DNA of 64,000 nt from Spirochaetia bacterium (GTDB lineage Bacteria; Spirochaetota; Spirochaetia; UBA9216): positions 2,016,001-2,080,000 of the forward strand of contig CAXXYH010000003.1 of NCBI GenBank assembly GCA_963677925.2. The letters are read 5' to 3'. Below, in pieces: positions 28,688-38,589 of the stretch (position 1 is its first letter; each line of letters opens with the position of its first letter). The position numbers were made by a program, and so were the translations under genes. Under the pieces are notes generated by a model. That model was not told the origin of the DNA. It saw only the letters and a program-made list of their open reading frames with translations, and made no database searches.

Positions 28688-30517
28688 CTATACCTTAAAC
28701 CGGTTCACCTGACTGTGGATTATCTCAGCCTGACTGCCGATATCTTCTGCAACATCCTTAAGATAGATAATAACCCTTGTAATTTCCCTCATCCCTTCTG
28801 AACTTTCATCCATAGCCACAACAACATCTCTTGAAATATCATTCAGCTGTTCCATGCCGCCCTTAATTCTCATTGACGAAGACTGAATACGTCTTGAGGA
28901 ATCAATTACTGATCCGGATACCCCCTGAAGACCGGTTACTGCTGAGAGAATCTGATCGCTCCCCTGTTTGAGTTCAACAGTGCTGGCTGAAATCTCTCTC
29001 AATGCATCGGCAACCATATTCACATCGCTGGTCATCTGATTAAAAGACTCGTTGCTGCTCTTATTCGCATCATAGGCAGTTGTAATTTCGCGGAGAACAA
29101 GCTCAAGAATAGAACTGATTCTCTTGGACTGCTCACCCGTTGATTCCGACAGCTTCCTGATCTCATCGGCAACAACAGCAAAACCCTTGCCGGCATCCCC
29201 GGCATGAGCCGCTTCAATCGCTGCATTCATAGCCAGGAGGTTTGTCTGTGATGCAATAGAGTTGATCATCTCGGTAATCTCTCCAATGGATCCCAGATTA
29301 TTATTTACCTGCTCCACGGACAAAAGAGCCTGTTCGACCTTTTCTCCTCCGGCTTTTACAGTATTCTCAAGCTCTGTCATCGCCTTTGCTTTTTCACGGG
29401 TAATATCAGCCACACTGGCTATTGAGGCAATCATCTGTGTAACTGCAGCGGTTGAATCATCAATCATCCCGTTCTGTTCAAGAATCTGCGACTCCATATC
29501 ATTTATGCTGGCATCTATATCAGCGATCAGATCTGTGGAAGAAACGATATTGTCATTTAGAAGACTGATTTTATTTTTCATATTGCCAATATTCTCAGAG
29601 ATTTCAACAGAGGCAACACTTGCCTCTTCCGAGTTATGAAGAAGATCGTTTTTATAATTGGTATTAAGCTCAACTGCCTCCTGCATCTTTCTGATTATAA
29701 GGGTAATACTGTCGAAAAAGACGTTAAGGTTATTGCTCATCACTCCAATTTCATCGCCTTTTCCAGCCGGAATACGCCTGGTGAGATCCCCGTCACCCTC
29801 TGAGAATTCGGAAGTCAGATCTGCAACCTGCTTTACAGGCCGGACAATAGAGAGATCAATAAAAAAGTAAACCAGAATGAGCGATAAAAAAAGTACAGCA
29901 ATTATGATATATATGGTGGTATGAGATCGCACTGAAATGCTGTGTACATTTCCAAACTCGGTTTCAGCCAGATCAAGTGAAAGGTTGGTAAGCTCATCCA
30001 TAACATTCCGCATATCACCAAAAGGCTGTTTATGTTCATCAGACTGAGTAAACTCAAGGGCTTCAGCTGCATCTTCAGGAATAAGGTCCATAGTATACGT
30101 AAGTGTTTTAATCCAGCCATTATAATATTTGTTAAAATCGGCAATATAGGATTCTATAGACTCCGGTGCTTTATTGCCCGTATCCGAAGTATATGAATTA
30201 ACAAATTTATCAAATCTTTCCCTCACCTGATCCCGGTTTTCATTCACATCGCCATAAAGAGCCGTCGCAGTTTCTGTATCGCCTTCAAGGTATTCTGTAA
30301 CAGCCTGAAGAAGGGCAAGTTCACTCTGATAGGCATCTCTGTCGGCTTCTATCAGAAAATCCATACTGACAAGTCTGATTTTGTAAATTTTCTCTGAATT
30401 ATAAACAAGGTCTCTGCAGTTAAAAAGAATTGCAGTAAACCCGATTACCAAAAGCAATAAAATCAGCAGGAAACCAAAGATAATTTTGCTTCTGAATGAT
30501 AAGACCCTTTTCATCAC
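28688..30517 (-). CDS. Methyl-accepting chemotaxis protein
   Basis: TM - helical sensor - TM - HAMP layout; [34 protein letters not shown]. Confidence 0.95.
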   Translation of the reverse strand: MMKRVLSFRSKIIFGFLLILLLLVIGFTAILFNCRDLVYNSEKIYKIRLVSMDFLIEADRDAYQSELALLQAVTEYLEGDTETATALYGDVNENRDQVRERFDKFVNSYTSDTGNKAPESIESYIADFNKYYNGWIKTLTYTMDLIPEDAAEALEFTQSDEHKQPFGDMRNVMDELTNLSLDLAETEFGNVHSISVRSHTTIYIIIAVLFLSLILVYFFIDLSIVRPVKQVADLTSEFSEGDGDLTRRIPAGKGDEIGVMSNNLNVFFDSITLIIRKMQEAVELNTNYKNDLLHNSEEASVASVEISENIGNMKNKISLLNDNIVSSTDLIADIDASINDMESQILEQNGMIDDSTAAVTQMIASIASVADITREKAKAMTELENTVKAGGEKVEQALLSVEQVNNNLGSIGEITEMINSIASQTNLLAMNAAIEAAHAGDAGKGFAVVADEIRKLSESTGEQSKRISSILELVLREITTAYDANKSSNESFNQMTSDVNMVADALREISASTVELKQGSDQILSAVTGLQGVSGSVIDSSRRIQSSSMRIKGGMEQLNDISRDVVVAMDESSEGMREITRVIIYLKDVAEDIGSQAEIIHSQVNRFKV

Positions 30518-30619
30518 CGCCCTCCGGAAAATACAAATACAGACTTATAAAATTTAAGTATATGCATTTCCGGACCCGATGCAATTTATGTGCGGTCAGC
30601 GGGAGATTCTTAACTCCGT

Positions 30620-31396
30620 TCAGAGTCCGGTCGGAACGTCAATAAAGAAGGTTTCAATCCCGGTGTCGGCCTCACAGCGCTCTGCAAGAAGCCTGACACC
30701 CCAGGTTTCTGTATTGTAGTGGCCTCCGCTTACTAGGTTGATTCCGCGTTCAAGGCAGGGGTGATATACAGTGTGCGAAGCATCTCCGGTAATGTAGAGA
30801 TCAGCGCCCATTTCCATTGCTTCAAAAACATCATCTGTGCCTCCGCCGGAAATTACCGCAAAGGATTTAATCTTTGCCGGACCGAAGGGCAGTACTGAAA
30901 GACAGCTTTCCCGGGTAAGGCCCATCATTGAAAGCACAGAATCAAGATCCGCTTCCTGCTTCAGTTCCCCCGAAAACCCGATCATCATTCCCTTGTACTC
31001 ACCGAAGGGTTCGATATTGACGGCACCGAGGGCGGCACAGATTCCGGCATTGTTGCCGAACTCCGGATGCATATCAAGTGGCAGATGTGCCGCATATAGC
31101 GCAATATTATTTTCAATAAGGAATTTCAGTCTTTTATAGTGAGAACCCGTAAGAGCTTCCGGCCTTCCCCAGAAGAGTCCGTGGTGAACAAAAAGCATAT
31201 CCGCACCCTGTGCAGCAGCGCGTTCAAAGCTCTCCATGCAGGCATCGACGGCAAAAGCCGCCTTTTTAATCTCAGCATTCTCGGGCTCTCCGCTGCCCGA
31301 AGTAACCTGAATGCCGTTGAGCGAAATATCCCTTCCGCCGACCTCTTCAATCTTCAGATTATCCTTGAAATACCGGTCAAGTTCAGCAAGCGTCAT
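30620..31396 (-). CDS. Nif3-like dinuclear metal center hexameric protein
   Basis: LFVHHGLFW, YAAHLPLDMHPEFGNN and GGHYNTE motifs. Confidence 0.93.
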   Translation of the reverse strand: MTLAELDRYFKDNLKIEEVGGRDISLNGIQVTSGSGEPENAEIKKAAFAVDACMESFERAAAQGADMLFVHHGLFWGRPEALTGSHYKRLKFLIENNIALYAAHLPLDMHPEFGNNAGICAALGAVNIEPFGEYKGMMIGFSGELKQEADLDSVLSMMGLTRESCLSVLPFGPAKIKSFAVISGGGTDDVFEAMEMGADLYITGDASHTVYHPCLERGINLVSGGHYNTETWGVRLLAERCEADTGIETFFIDVPTGL

Positions 31397-32767
31397 CTAC
31401 TGCCTCCATAACTCTTCTGTATCTGGTACAGAATTATTTTTCATAAAGTACCCGATTCTTGAAACATTTATCAAATGCCGGAACGAAAGATTCTCGGAAA
31501 TACTGTTATTACCCCAGGAACCGCAGCCCAGTGTTGTAGTAGGAGTGAAGCCGTTGAAAAAGCTTCCTCCGGCGCTTGTTGATGAAGGCTGATTTATAAC
31601 GAGCCTGCTGGCCGGAAGTCTGAGGGCGGCAAGTTCTATAAATTCGCTGTTTTCGGAATGAATAGAAACCGAATGTCCGGCACCCTCAAGGTTCAGGTTG
31701 GCCGCTGCTATATCAAGGGCGTCATTAGAATCGGAATATGTATAGACAGACAGCACAGGACACATCTTCTCTCTGGAAAGATTATCGGCCGCTCCTCTGC
31801 CTGCAGCTTTCAAAAGTATAACCTCAGTTCCTTCCGGAATTTCCACTCCAGCAAGAGCCGCAACAGCGGCAGCCGGTTTCCCGACCAGAGAAGGATTCAT
31901 CCGGCCTTCAGGAAAAACAGCATTCCTGAAAGCCTCAACCTCCGCTTCAGAATCTGTATACCAGCAGCCGGCACTGCTGAATGCGGAAATTACCGAATCA
32001 AGATCACCGCGGTGTACTATCACGGACTGTTCGCCGGAACAGATAATACCGTTGTCGAAACTTCTTCCGTCCCGGATTTTAACCGCTGCTTCCTTAAAAT
32101 CAACATTCCTGTCAATTATACACTGAACATTTCCGGCGCCTACACCGAATGCAGGCTTTCCGCTTGAATAGGCGGCCTTGACCATTCCGGCGCCTCCGGT
32201 GGCAACAACAACATCTGCCGACGCCATCAGTACACGGGTATTTTCCCTTGAGTGTTCATCAAGAATCTGAATAAGGTGGTCAGGTGCACCGAGTTTTTTC
32301 AGTTCATTATTTATCAGCTCAACAGTTCTTGTACTGGTATTAATCGCCCTGTGATGCGGAGTAAAGATTATCGCATTGCCGCCCTTTACTGCAAACATAG
32401 CATTGCACATCGGTGTTACAACAGGATTTGTACATGGCGTAACAGCCGCAACAACACCGACCGGTTTTGCTATTTCAACTATACCGCTGTTCTCATCCCT
32501 GCTTATGATACCGCGTGATTTCACGCCTCTGAGGCTGTTCCATATAATTCCGGCCTTACCCCGGTTTTTTGCAGTTTTATGATCAACTCTGCCCATCCCG
32601 GTTTCTTCAACTGCCATAACTGCAAGTTCTTCGGCATTGTCATAAACAACCCTGCCTATAACCATAACTGCTTCATCAATTTTCTCCTGACTCCAGGATT
32701 CTATTACCTTCCGGGCAGCCTTTGCCCTTTTTATATATGCTGATATATATGTCTCTGCTGTGTTCAT
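31397..32767 (-). CDS. CoA-acylating aldehyde dehydrogenase (SucD/SauS/AdhE-N-like)
   Basis: PCTNP, VATGGAGMVKAAYSSGKPAFGVGAGN, DNGIICSGEQ, EKMCPVL and TLGCGSWGNN motifs. Confidence 0.9.
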   Translation of the reverse strand: MNTAETYISAYIKRAKAARKVIESWSQEKIDEAVMVIGRVVYDNAEELAVMAVEETGMGRVDHKTAKNRGKAGIIWNSLRGVKSRGIISRDENSGIVEIAKPVGVVAAVTPCTNPVVTPMCNAMFAVKGGNAIIFTPHHRAINTSTRTVELINNELKKLGAPDHLIQILDEHSRENTRVLMASADVVVATGGAGMVKAAYSSGKPAFGVGAGNVQCIIDRNVDFKEAAVKIRDGRSFDNGIICSGEQSVIVHRGDLDSVISAFSSAGCWYTDSEAEVEAFRNAVFPEGRMNPSLVGKPAAAVAALAGVEIPEGTEVILLKAAGRGAADNLSREKMCPVLSVYTYSDSNDALDIAAANLNLEGAGHSVSIHSENSEFIELAALRLPASRLVINQPSSTSAGGSFFNGFTPTTTLGCGSWGNNSISENLSFRHLINVSRIGYFMKNNSVPDTEELWRQ

Positions 32768-32821
32768 GCCAACCTCTGCTGTATAGATACTTTCACAAGA
32801 TTATAGTAGTATCTTTCTCTG

Positions 32822-34549
32822 ATGAAAACCCGAAAACTACTGAAAAACGATATCTGTACATCAGTTACAGAAGAAGATATAAAAGCTGTAAAGACCGATA
32901 AAAGCCTCAGAGTAATGATGGAGGAATCCTATCGAAGCGAACTTGAGGCAGGACTGCGTATAAGGGGAAGAGAATATAATATATTCGTCTGCGGCCCTCC
33001 CGGAAGTCAGAAATACGAGTCTGTTGAGGAAGTACTTAACTGTATCAAGACAGACGGGAACCTTAGCGGTAAAGCTCCGGTGTATCAAGTAAACAAGATA
33101 AACGAAACCGAGGCTGAAATAATCGCCGACAAGTCAGACGGTACGGCTTTTCCAGTTGTCACCGAGAATAACCCGACACCCGCAAGACTGTTCGGTACTT
33201 CAGCAAAAAACATTCAGGATATCAGACCCGGCTCACTGCATAAATCAAGCGGAGGTGTCCTAATCCTCAGAGCCGATGATCTAATTGCCGAAGAGGAAAG
33301 CTGGGACCTTCTTAAAAGAACTCTCAGAACCGGAATGATTGAACCGGCAAGAAGCGGAATATCAGAGGGATTACCCGAAACAGGAACTTTTGATGTTATT
33401 CCTTTTTCCGCAGATCTGAAAATTGTCATCATCGGCACCGAGAATCAATTCGATCTGTTTTATGCTACGGATGAGGATTTCCGCGACAGTTTTCAGTTTT
33501 TTGTGGAAACTGACGCAATTATTCCGCTGAACGAGACCAATCTTGAAATGTCGGTAAATATATTCAGAAATCACGCTGAAAGCCTGCACGGTAAAAGCCT
33601 TTCAGACGGCGCGGCTCTGGAACTAGTGAAACACAGCATCTCGCTGGCGGAAAACAGAGACAAGCTCAGCACATCTATAAACGAGATCCTGCCGGTTATA
33701 ACCGAAGCTGCCGAACGTTTTTCCAGCCCCGGAGAGATCGACGCGGAGAGCATCAGGAAGACACTTTCGGCAGTATCCGGCCGATACAATCTGCTTGAAC
33801 GCAGAATCCTTGAAGACATCAAATGCGGAGAGCTCAACCTTAAGGTTGACGGTAGTGAGGTCGGCAAGGTTAACGGCCTTGCAATCCTGGATAAGGGGCC
33901 CTATTCATTCGGAATCCCCGGACTGATTTCAGCAAGGATTGCACCCGGCGAAAGCGGGCTCGTCAACATAGAACATGAAGCAGGACTTTCGGGAGAGATT
34001 CACGACAAGTGGGTGCTTATTCTGGAAGGATTTCTACGCGGCAGCTTTGCCCGTGATTTTCCGATTTCAATATTTGCAAGCCTCTGTTTTGAACAGTCAT
34101 ACAGCGAGATTGACGGCGACTCGGCTTCATCATCCGAGCTCTACGCCCTGCTTTCCGCCATCTCGGGTGTTGCTCTGAGACAGGATATCGCAGTAACCGG
34201 AAGCCTCAGCCAGACCGGCGAAATTCAGGCAGTGGGCGGCCTCCGCGAAAAAATTGAAGGCTTCTACAAGGTCTGCCGTACAATCAATTTTACAGGAAAC
34301 CAGGGAGTTATTGTTCCCGAGAAAAATATAAAAAACATCATCCTGCCCGATGAAATACTGGATGATATTGAAAATGAACAGTTTCACATATACCCCGTGG
34401 AAACGGTGGATGACAGTATTGAAATACTTACCGGAATGACTGCCGGAAAGAGAAACGCCAGAGGAATTTTTCCAGCAGGAACATTTAATTCACTAGTTGA
34501 AAAGAAGCTTAAGCAGATTGCAATGCAGGCAAAAAACTTCGGCAACTAA
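32822..34549 (+). CDS. Lon-like (LonB/LonC, peptidase S16) protease, shortened
   Basis: GKVNGLA, FEQSYSEIDGDSAS (catalytic Ser) and GGLREKIEGF (catalytic Lys); Walker A degenerate (GPPGSQK). Confidence 0.85.
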   Translation: MKTRKLLKNDICTSVTEEDIKAVKTDKSLRVMMEESYRSELEAGLRIRGREYNIFVCGPPGSQKYESVEEVLNCIKTDGNLSGKAPVYQVNKINETEAEIIADKSDGTAFPVVTENNPTPARLFGTSAKNIQDIRPGSLHKSSGGVLILRADDLIAEEESWDLLKRTLRTGMIEPARSGISEGLPETGTFDVIPFSADLKIVIIGTENQFDLFYATDEDFRDSFQFFVETDAIIPLNETNLEMSVNIFRNHAESLHGKSLSDGAALELVKHSISLAENRDKLSTSINEILPVITEAAERFSSPGEIDAESIRKTLSAVSGRYNLLERRILEDIKCGELNLKVDGSEVGKVNGLAILDKGPYSFGIPGLISARIAPGESGLVNIEHEAGLSGEIHDKWVLILEGFLRGSFARDFPISIFASLCFEQSYSEIDGDSASSSELYALLSAISGVALRQDIAVTGSLSQTGEIQAVGGLREKIEGFYKVCRTINFTGNQGVIVPEKNIKNIILPDEILDDIENEQFHIYPVETVDDSIEILTGMTAGKRNARGIFPAGTFNSLVEKKLKQIAMQAKNFGN

Positions 34550-36060
34550 AACCTGGCTCTGAACTTATCAAAATCCTGAAACAGCGGTTCAACAGCCTTG
34601 TATGATTTTACCAGCATTTCCGACAGCTCAGCATAAAGCCCGCCAAGGCTGCTGTCGGTCTCAACAAGCTCCGCAACCGGGTTCATCTTTTCCGCCATGC
34701 TGAAATCACTGTAAACTCCGGTACCAACTCCGCCCAGAAGTGCAGCCCCCATACTTGTAGCCTCAAGCAGAAGCCCGGGAATCGTAAGATTCCGTCCGAA
34801 TACATCGGCAAAAATCCGCCGCCACACCTCGCCCCTGGCACCGCCGCCCATAAACATAACAGAATCAGCACCGCCGCCGGGAGCATCGAGCATCAGCGAA
34901 AGCGAAAGCCCGAGATTGACGGCTATACCTTCTATCACCGCCCGGCCGAGATCTCCGCGTGAAGTGGTCAAAGACATCCCAAGAAACTCCCCCCGTGCAG
35001 AAGAATTCCACCAGGGTGAACGTTCACCAATCAGATACGGAAGAAAGATAACCCCGTTTGCTCCGGGCGGAGAGGAGAGAACTTCGGTGTTAATCCGGTT
35101 CAGTGATTCGGCGTCGGAGTCACCGCTGATAATACTGCTGAACCAGCTGAATGCCGTACCTGCCGACTGCATTGTTGCACATGGCTGGTACAGGCCCTCA
35201 ACCGGATGGGCGAAAGTGAAGGCTCTCATCTGAGGATCATCAAGCGGCTTTTCGGTAGTAGTCGAAACCCATGCTGTGGATCCCATGTTGCAGTACGGCC
35301 TGCCAGGCGAGACAGATCCTGCCCCCAGAGTTGCACAGCCGCCGTCACCTGCCCCGATAACTACCGGAACCCCCTCAGGAATTCCCGTTGCTGCAGAGGC
35401 TGCGGCGCTGACTGTCCCTGTAATACGGGTTGAAGGCACAGCTTCGGGAAAAAGAGACAGCGGAATTCCTGTTTTTTCAAAAATTTCTTCAGACCAGCAG
35501 AATTTATTCAGATCAAAGGCATTGGTTCCAGAGGCGTCGTTATAATCTGTTAAAAAGGTGCCTGTAAGCCTGTAGTTGATATAATCCTTGGCCTGAAGAA
35601 CCTTGAATGTTTCAGAATAGATTTCAGGACGGTTCTTTCTTATCCACATTAACTTTGGAAGGGTATATGTTGAACTTGGACGGTGGCCTGTAATCCGGTA
35701 GATTCCCTCCATCCCGAATGTATCGATCAGCTCCTGTTCCTGCTTTGTGCTGCGCTGATCACTGTAGATTAACGCGTCATGGAGGGGCCTTCCCTGCCTG
35801 TCCACACATAGACAGGCCATCATCTGGCCGCTGAAAGACACCGCGGCGAGCTCGGAGGGTTCTATTTCTGAAAGGACTTCAGCAGATGAGCAGCAGACAG
35901 CCTTCCACCAGTCATCAGGTGACTGCTCAGCCCTGTTCCCGCTCAGGTAGGAGGTACTGTAAGCTGAAGTCCTGCTTGTTACGAGCCTTCCCATATCATC
36001 AAAAACTGCGGCCTTGTTTCCTGATGTCCCAAGGTCATGTGCAAGAATATATCTTCCCAT
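34546..36060 (-). CDS. FGGY-family sugar kinase (xylulokinase-like)
   Basis: AHDLGTSGNKA, SFSGQM, DASGT, FLPYLIGERSP and GGGA motifs. Confidence 0.9.
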   Translation of the reverse strand: MGRYILAHDLGTSGNKAAVFDDMGRLVTSRTSAYSTSYLSGNRAEQSPDDWWKAVCCSSAEVLSEIEPSELAAVSFSGQMMACLCVDRQGRPLHDALIYSDQRSTKQEQELIDTFGMEGIYRITGHRPSSTYTLPKLMWIRKNRPEIYSETFKVLQAKDYINYRLTGTFLTDYNDASGTNAFDLNKFCWSEEIFEKTGIPLSLFPEAVPSTRITGTVSAAASAATGIPEGVPVVIGAGDGGCATLGAGSVSPGRPYCNMGSTAWVSTTTEKPLDDPQMRAFTFAHPVEGLYQPCATMQSAGTAFSWFSSIISGDSDAESLNRINTEVLSSPPGANGVIFLPYLIGERSPWWNSSARGEFLGMSLTTSRGDLGRAVIEGIAVNLGLSLSLMLDAPGGGADSVMFMGGGARGEVWRRIFADVFGRNLTIPGLLLEATSMGAALLGGVGTGVYSDFSMAEKMNPVAELVETDSSLGGLYAELSEMLVKSYKAVEPLFQDFDKFRARF

Positions 36061-36148
36061 ACCAATCCCCTCAAAGCAGTGATTATATTATATCAACGGT
36101 AATAATTATAAACCCGGACTTTACTAAAGCATAGGCCGGATTTTTGTA

Positions 36149-36178
36149 TTGACATATGACAGCAACGAAAACTATACT
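36149..36178 (+). promoter_or_regulatory. Sigma-70 promoter of the HDOD gene
   Basis: TTGACA-N18-TATACT. Confidence 0.65.
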
Positions 36179-36216
36179 TATTTGTGATAAATTTCTAATT
36201 ACCTGTTGGAGTTCAA

Positions 36217-37701
36217 ATGCCTAAAAAAGTAGATGCAGCCCAGATTAACCGAGCAATAGTTTCTTCAATTCCAGTCACAATCAAAAGCTATACCCTGCCC
36301 CATGAAACCGAGATGTACATGGAAGAAATACTTGGAGTATACCTTGAAAAATTCGGACAGGGAGCACTGAAAGACAGAATATCATACTGCCTCAGAGAAC
36401 TTGCCGTAAACGCTAAGAAAGCAAACACAAAGCGTGTATATTTCTCTGAAAAAAATCTGGACATCAATGACTCTGAAGATTATTCGGTAGGCATGAAAAC
36501 CTTCAAACAGGAAACACTCGACAACATAAACTACTGGCTTGAAAAGCAGAAAGATGCAGGCCTCTATATTAAAATAGTATTTCACTCAAAGGGTGATTCA
36601 TTTTCAATATCCATTAAAAACAATGCGCTGATATCCCAGAAGGAGCAGATGAGGGTCTACGATCGTATTGCACGTTCACGAGCCTTCGAGTCAATGGAAG
36701 AGGCCCTGTCCTCAGTACTCGATGATTCGGAAGGAGCAGGACTCGGTATCGTGATTCTGGTTCTGATGCTGAAAAAGATCGGTCTGGATGAGGATGCCTT
36801 TGATATCGATGTTGAAGGCGATGAAACTGTAGCAAGAATAACCATCCCCTTTGCCAACGTGCATCTTGAAAACCTCAACCAGCTTGCACAGGAAGTTGTT
36901 GATGAGATTGAAGATCTCCCGCAGTTCCCCGAGAATGTCGTTTTCATACAGAAGCTAATAAATGATCCGGAATCGGAACTTACAGATATTGCAAGACAGA
37001 TAAGCATGGACCCCTCGCTTACCGCAGACCTTCTCAAGGTCGTAAACTCAGCCCAGTTTATGCTGCCCAAAAAGGTTGATAATATAGTTGAAGCGGTCAA
37101 ACTGGTAGGTCTCCGCGGTATAAGAAACATGCTGTTTTCATACGGAACACAGAAAGTACTTAAAACAGACCAGAAGAGCCTCTGGGATCATTCATACCGG
37201 GTCGCCTTCTACTCATATAATCTTGCAAAGAACTTCAAACGAAAGAAAGACCTGCTTGATGATGCCTATGTCGGAGGAATACTTCACGACATCGGTAAAA
37301 TTATATTTTCAAGTGTTCATCCGAACCTGCTTGAGAAAATATCAAGGTTCTGCTCTGAGAAGGAATTCCAGAGCGATATCATGGAAGAGCTCTCGGCAGG
37401 ACTCAACCACGCTAAAATCGGCGGCATGATTGCTGAAAAATGGAATTTTCCCGAATCGCTCGTAGATGCAATAAAATACCATCACGAACCTAACCAGGCG
37501 CCGCGTGCCACCAACGATGTCGTCAACACGGTTTATCTTGCAAATTCGATGAGCAATCTTGAAACAGGTGAAATTACATTTGAACAGATAGACCCGCAGA
37601 TTATGTCTGAGTTCGGTATTCAGTCTGAAGATCAGCTTGTTGCAATACAGCAGCGGCTCTCAGCTGCCTTCAATGCCGACAGGGCGAACAGTCCGGACTG
37701 A
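36217..37701 (+). CDS. HATPase-like + HDOD domain signalling protein
   Basis: N-terminal RELAVNA..GAGLG boxes; LPQFP, DPSLTADLLKVVNSA, LHDIGK and WNFPESLVDAIKYHH HDOD motifs. Confidence 0.88.
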   Translation: MPKKVDAAQINRAIVSSIPVTIKSYTLPHETEMYMEEILGVYLEKFGQGALKDRISYCLRELAVNAKKANTKRVYFSEKNLDINDSEDYSVGMKTFKQETLDNINYWLEKQKDAGLYIKIVFHSKGDSFSISIKNNALISQKEQMRVYDRIARSRAFESMEEALSSVLDDSEGAGLGIVILVLMLKKIGLDEDAFDIDVEGDETVARITIPFANVHLENLNQLAQEVVDEIEDLPQFPENVVFIQKLINDPESELTDIARQISMDPSLTADLLKVVNSAQFMLPKKVDNIVEAVKLVGLRGIRNMLFSYGTQKVLKTDQKSLWDHSYRVAFYSYNLAKNFKRKKDLLDDAYVGGILHDIGKIIFSSVHPNLLEKISRFCSEKEFQSDIMEELSAGLNHAKIGGMIAEKWNFPESLVDAIKYHHEPNQAPRATNDVVNTVYLANSMSNLETGEITFEQIDPQIMSEFGIQSEDQLVAIQQRLSAAFNADRANSPD

Positions 37702-37741
37702 TAAAGCCTAGTAAACATTTAAATACTTAATAAAATTATTC

Positions 37742-38584
37742 TCAGCTGATATGAAGGCTTTCAGACCATCGCTGCATAAGTATTCCGAATGAGACAGCAG
37801 CATTGAGTGAGCCCTTTGTTCCGTACATCGGAATCGATACAAGCCCCAGACTTTCACCAGCAAGTTCCCGTGCTGCGGGACTTATTCCCAGTTCCTCTGA
37901 ACCGATAATTGCAAGCCCGGTGTCAGGAAAGCAGAAACTTTCAATGGAGGTTCCGCCGAGTTCGAGAGCAAAGACGTTTTTACCCTCCGCAGCCTCCTCT
38001 ATGGGCATGCGCTTCCAGGGTATTCGATCCACAGTACCCATTGATGTCCGGCCGGCCCTGGGATGAGCTGGGTCAGGACAGTCGGGAGACAGGATAATGC
38101 CTGAAGCACCGAGAGCCTCGGCAGTGCGGAAAATTGCCCCGAGATTAAATGGGGAGCGTATATCATCAAGAAATATTTCGATTCCCGGTCTGCGCGCCTC
38201 TCCAGCATCTCCAGCCGGCGGCAGATCTGCGGAGTCCGGTTTGTGCAGCGCTGAAAGATCCCAGTCTGCAGCGGAATTACCTGTTTCAAGCAGGAGCAGA
38301 TGCCTGAGACTGTTTATCCGCCTATGCAGAAGCGGCAGGTTCTTAGCGGTAATATCAGCAAGAAGACTTTCCGCTGCAGCGATTACACGCCGGGAATCTC
38401 CGGATTCAAGCCTGATTTCCGGTGAGTCTACAGTGCTCATCAGCTGCTGAAGCAGTCCCCGGACATATTGAACATCAGACAAGCCGCCTTCACCAAGCTC
38501 TTTTTCGAAGCCCTGCAGCAGAACAATAATCTTACGCAGCCGGGTTCCGGGCTTTAATGAGGCTAGTTTTCTAAGCGTAATCAT
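37742..38584 (-). CDS. TrmH/SpoU-family RNA 2'-O-methyltransferase
   Basis: DDIRSPFNLGAIFRTAE, GSEELGI and IPMYGTKGSLN motifs. Confidence 0.9.
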   Translation of the reverse strand: MITLRKLASLKPGTRLRKIIVLLQGFEKELGEGGLSDVQYVRGLLQQLMSTVDSPEIRLESGDSRRVIAAAESLLADITAKNLPLLHRRINSLRHLLLLETGNSAADWDLSALHKPDSADLPPAGDAGEARRPGIEIFLDDIRSPFNLGAIFRTAEALGASGIILSPDCPDPAHPRAGRTSMGTVDRIPWKRMPIEEAAEGKNVFALELGGTSIESFCFPDTGLAIIGSEELGISPAARELAGESLGLVSIPMYGTKGSLNAAVSFGILMQRWSESLHIS

Positions 38585-38589
38585 AAATA

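Noticed and set aside
36183-36198. CRP site (TGTGA-N6-TCTAA) at the HDOD promoter
   Set aside because: Only one good half-site in AT-rich DNA.
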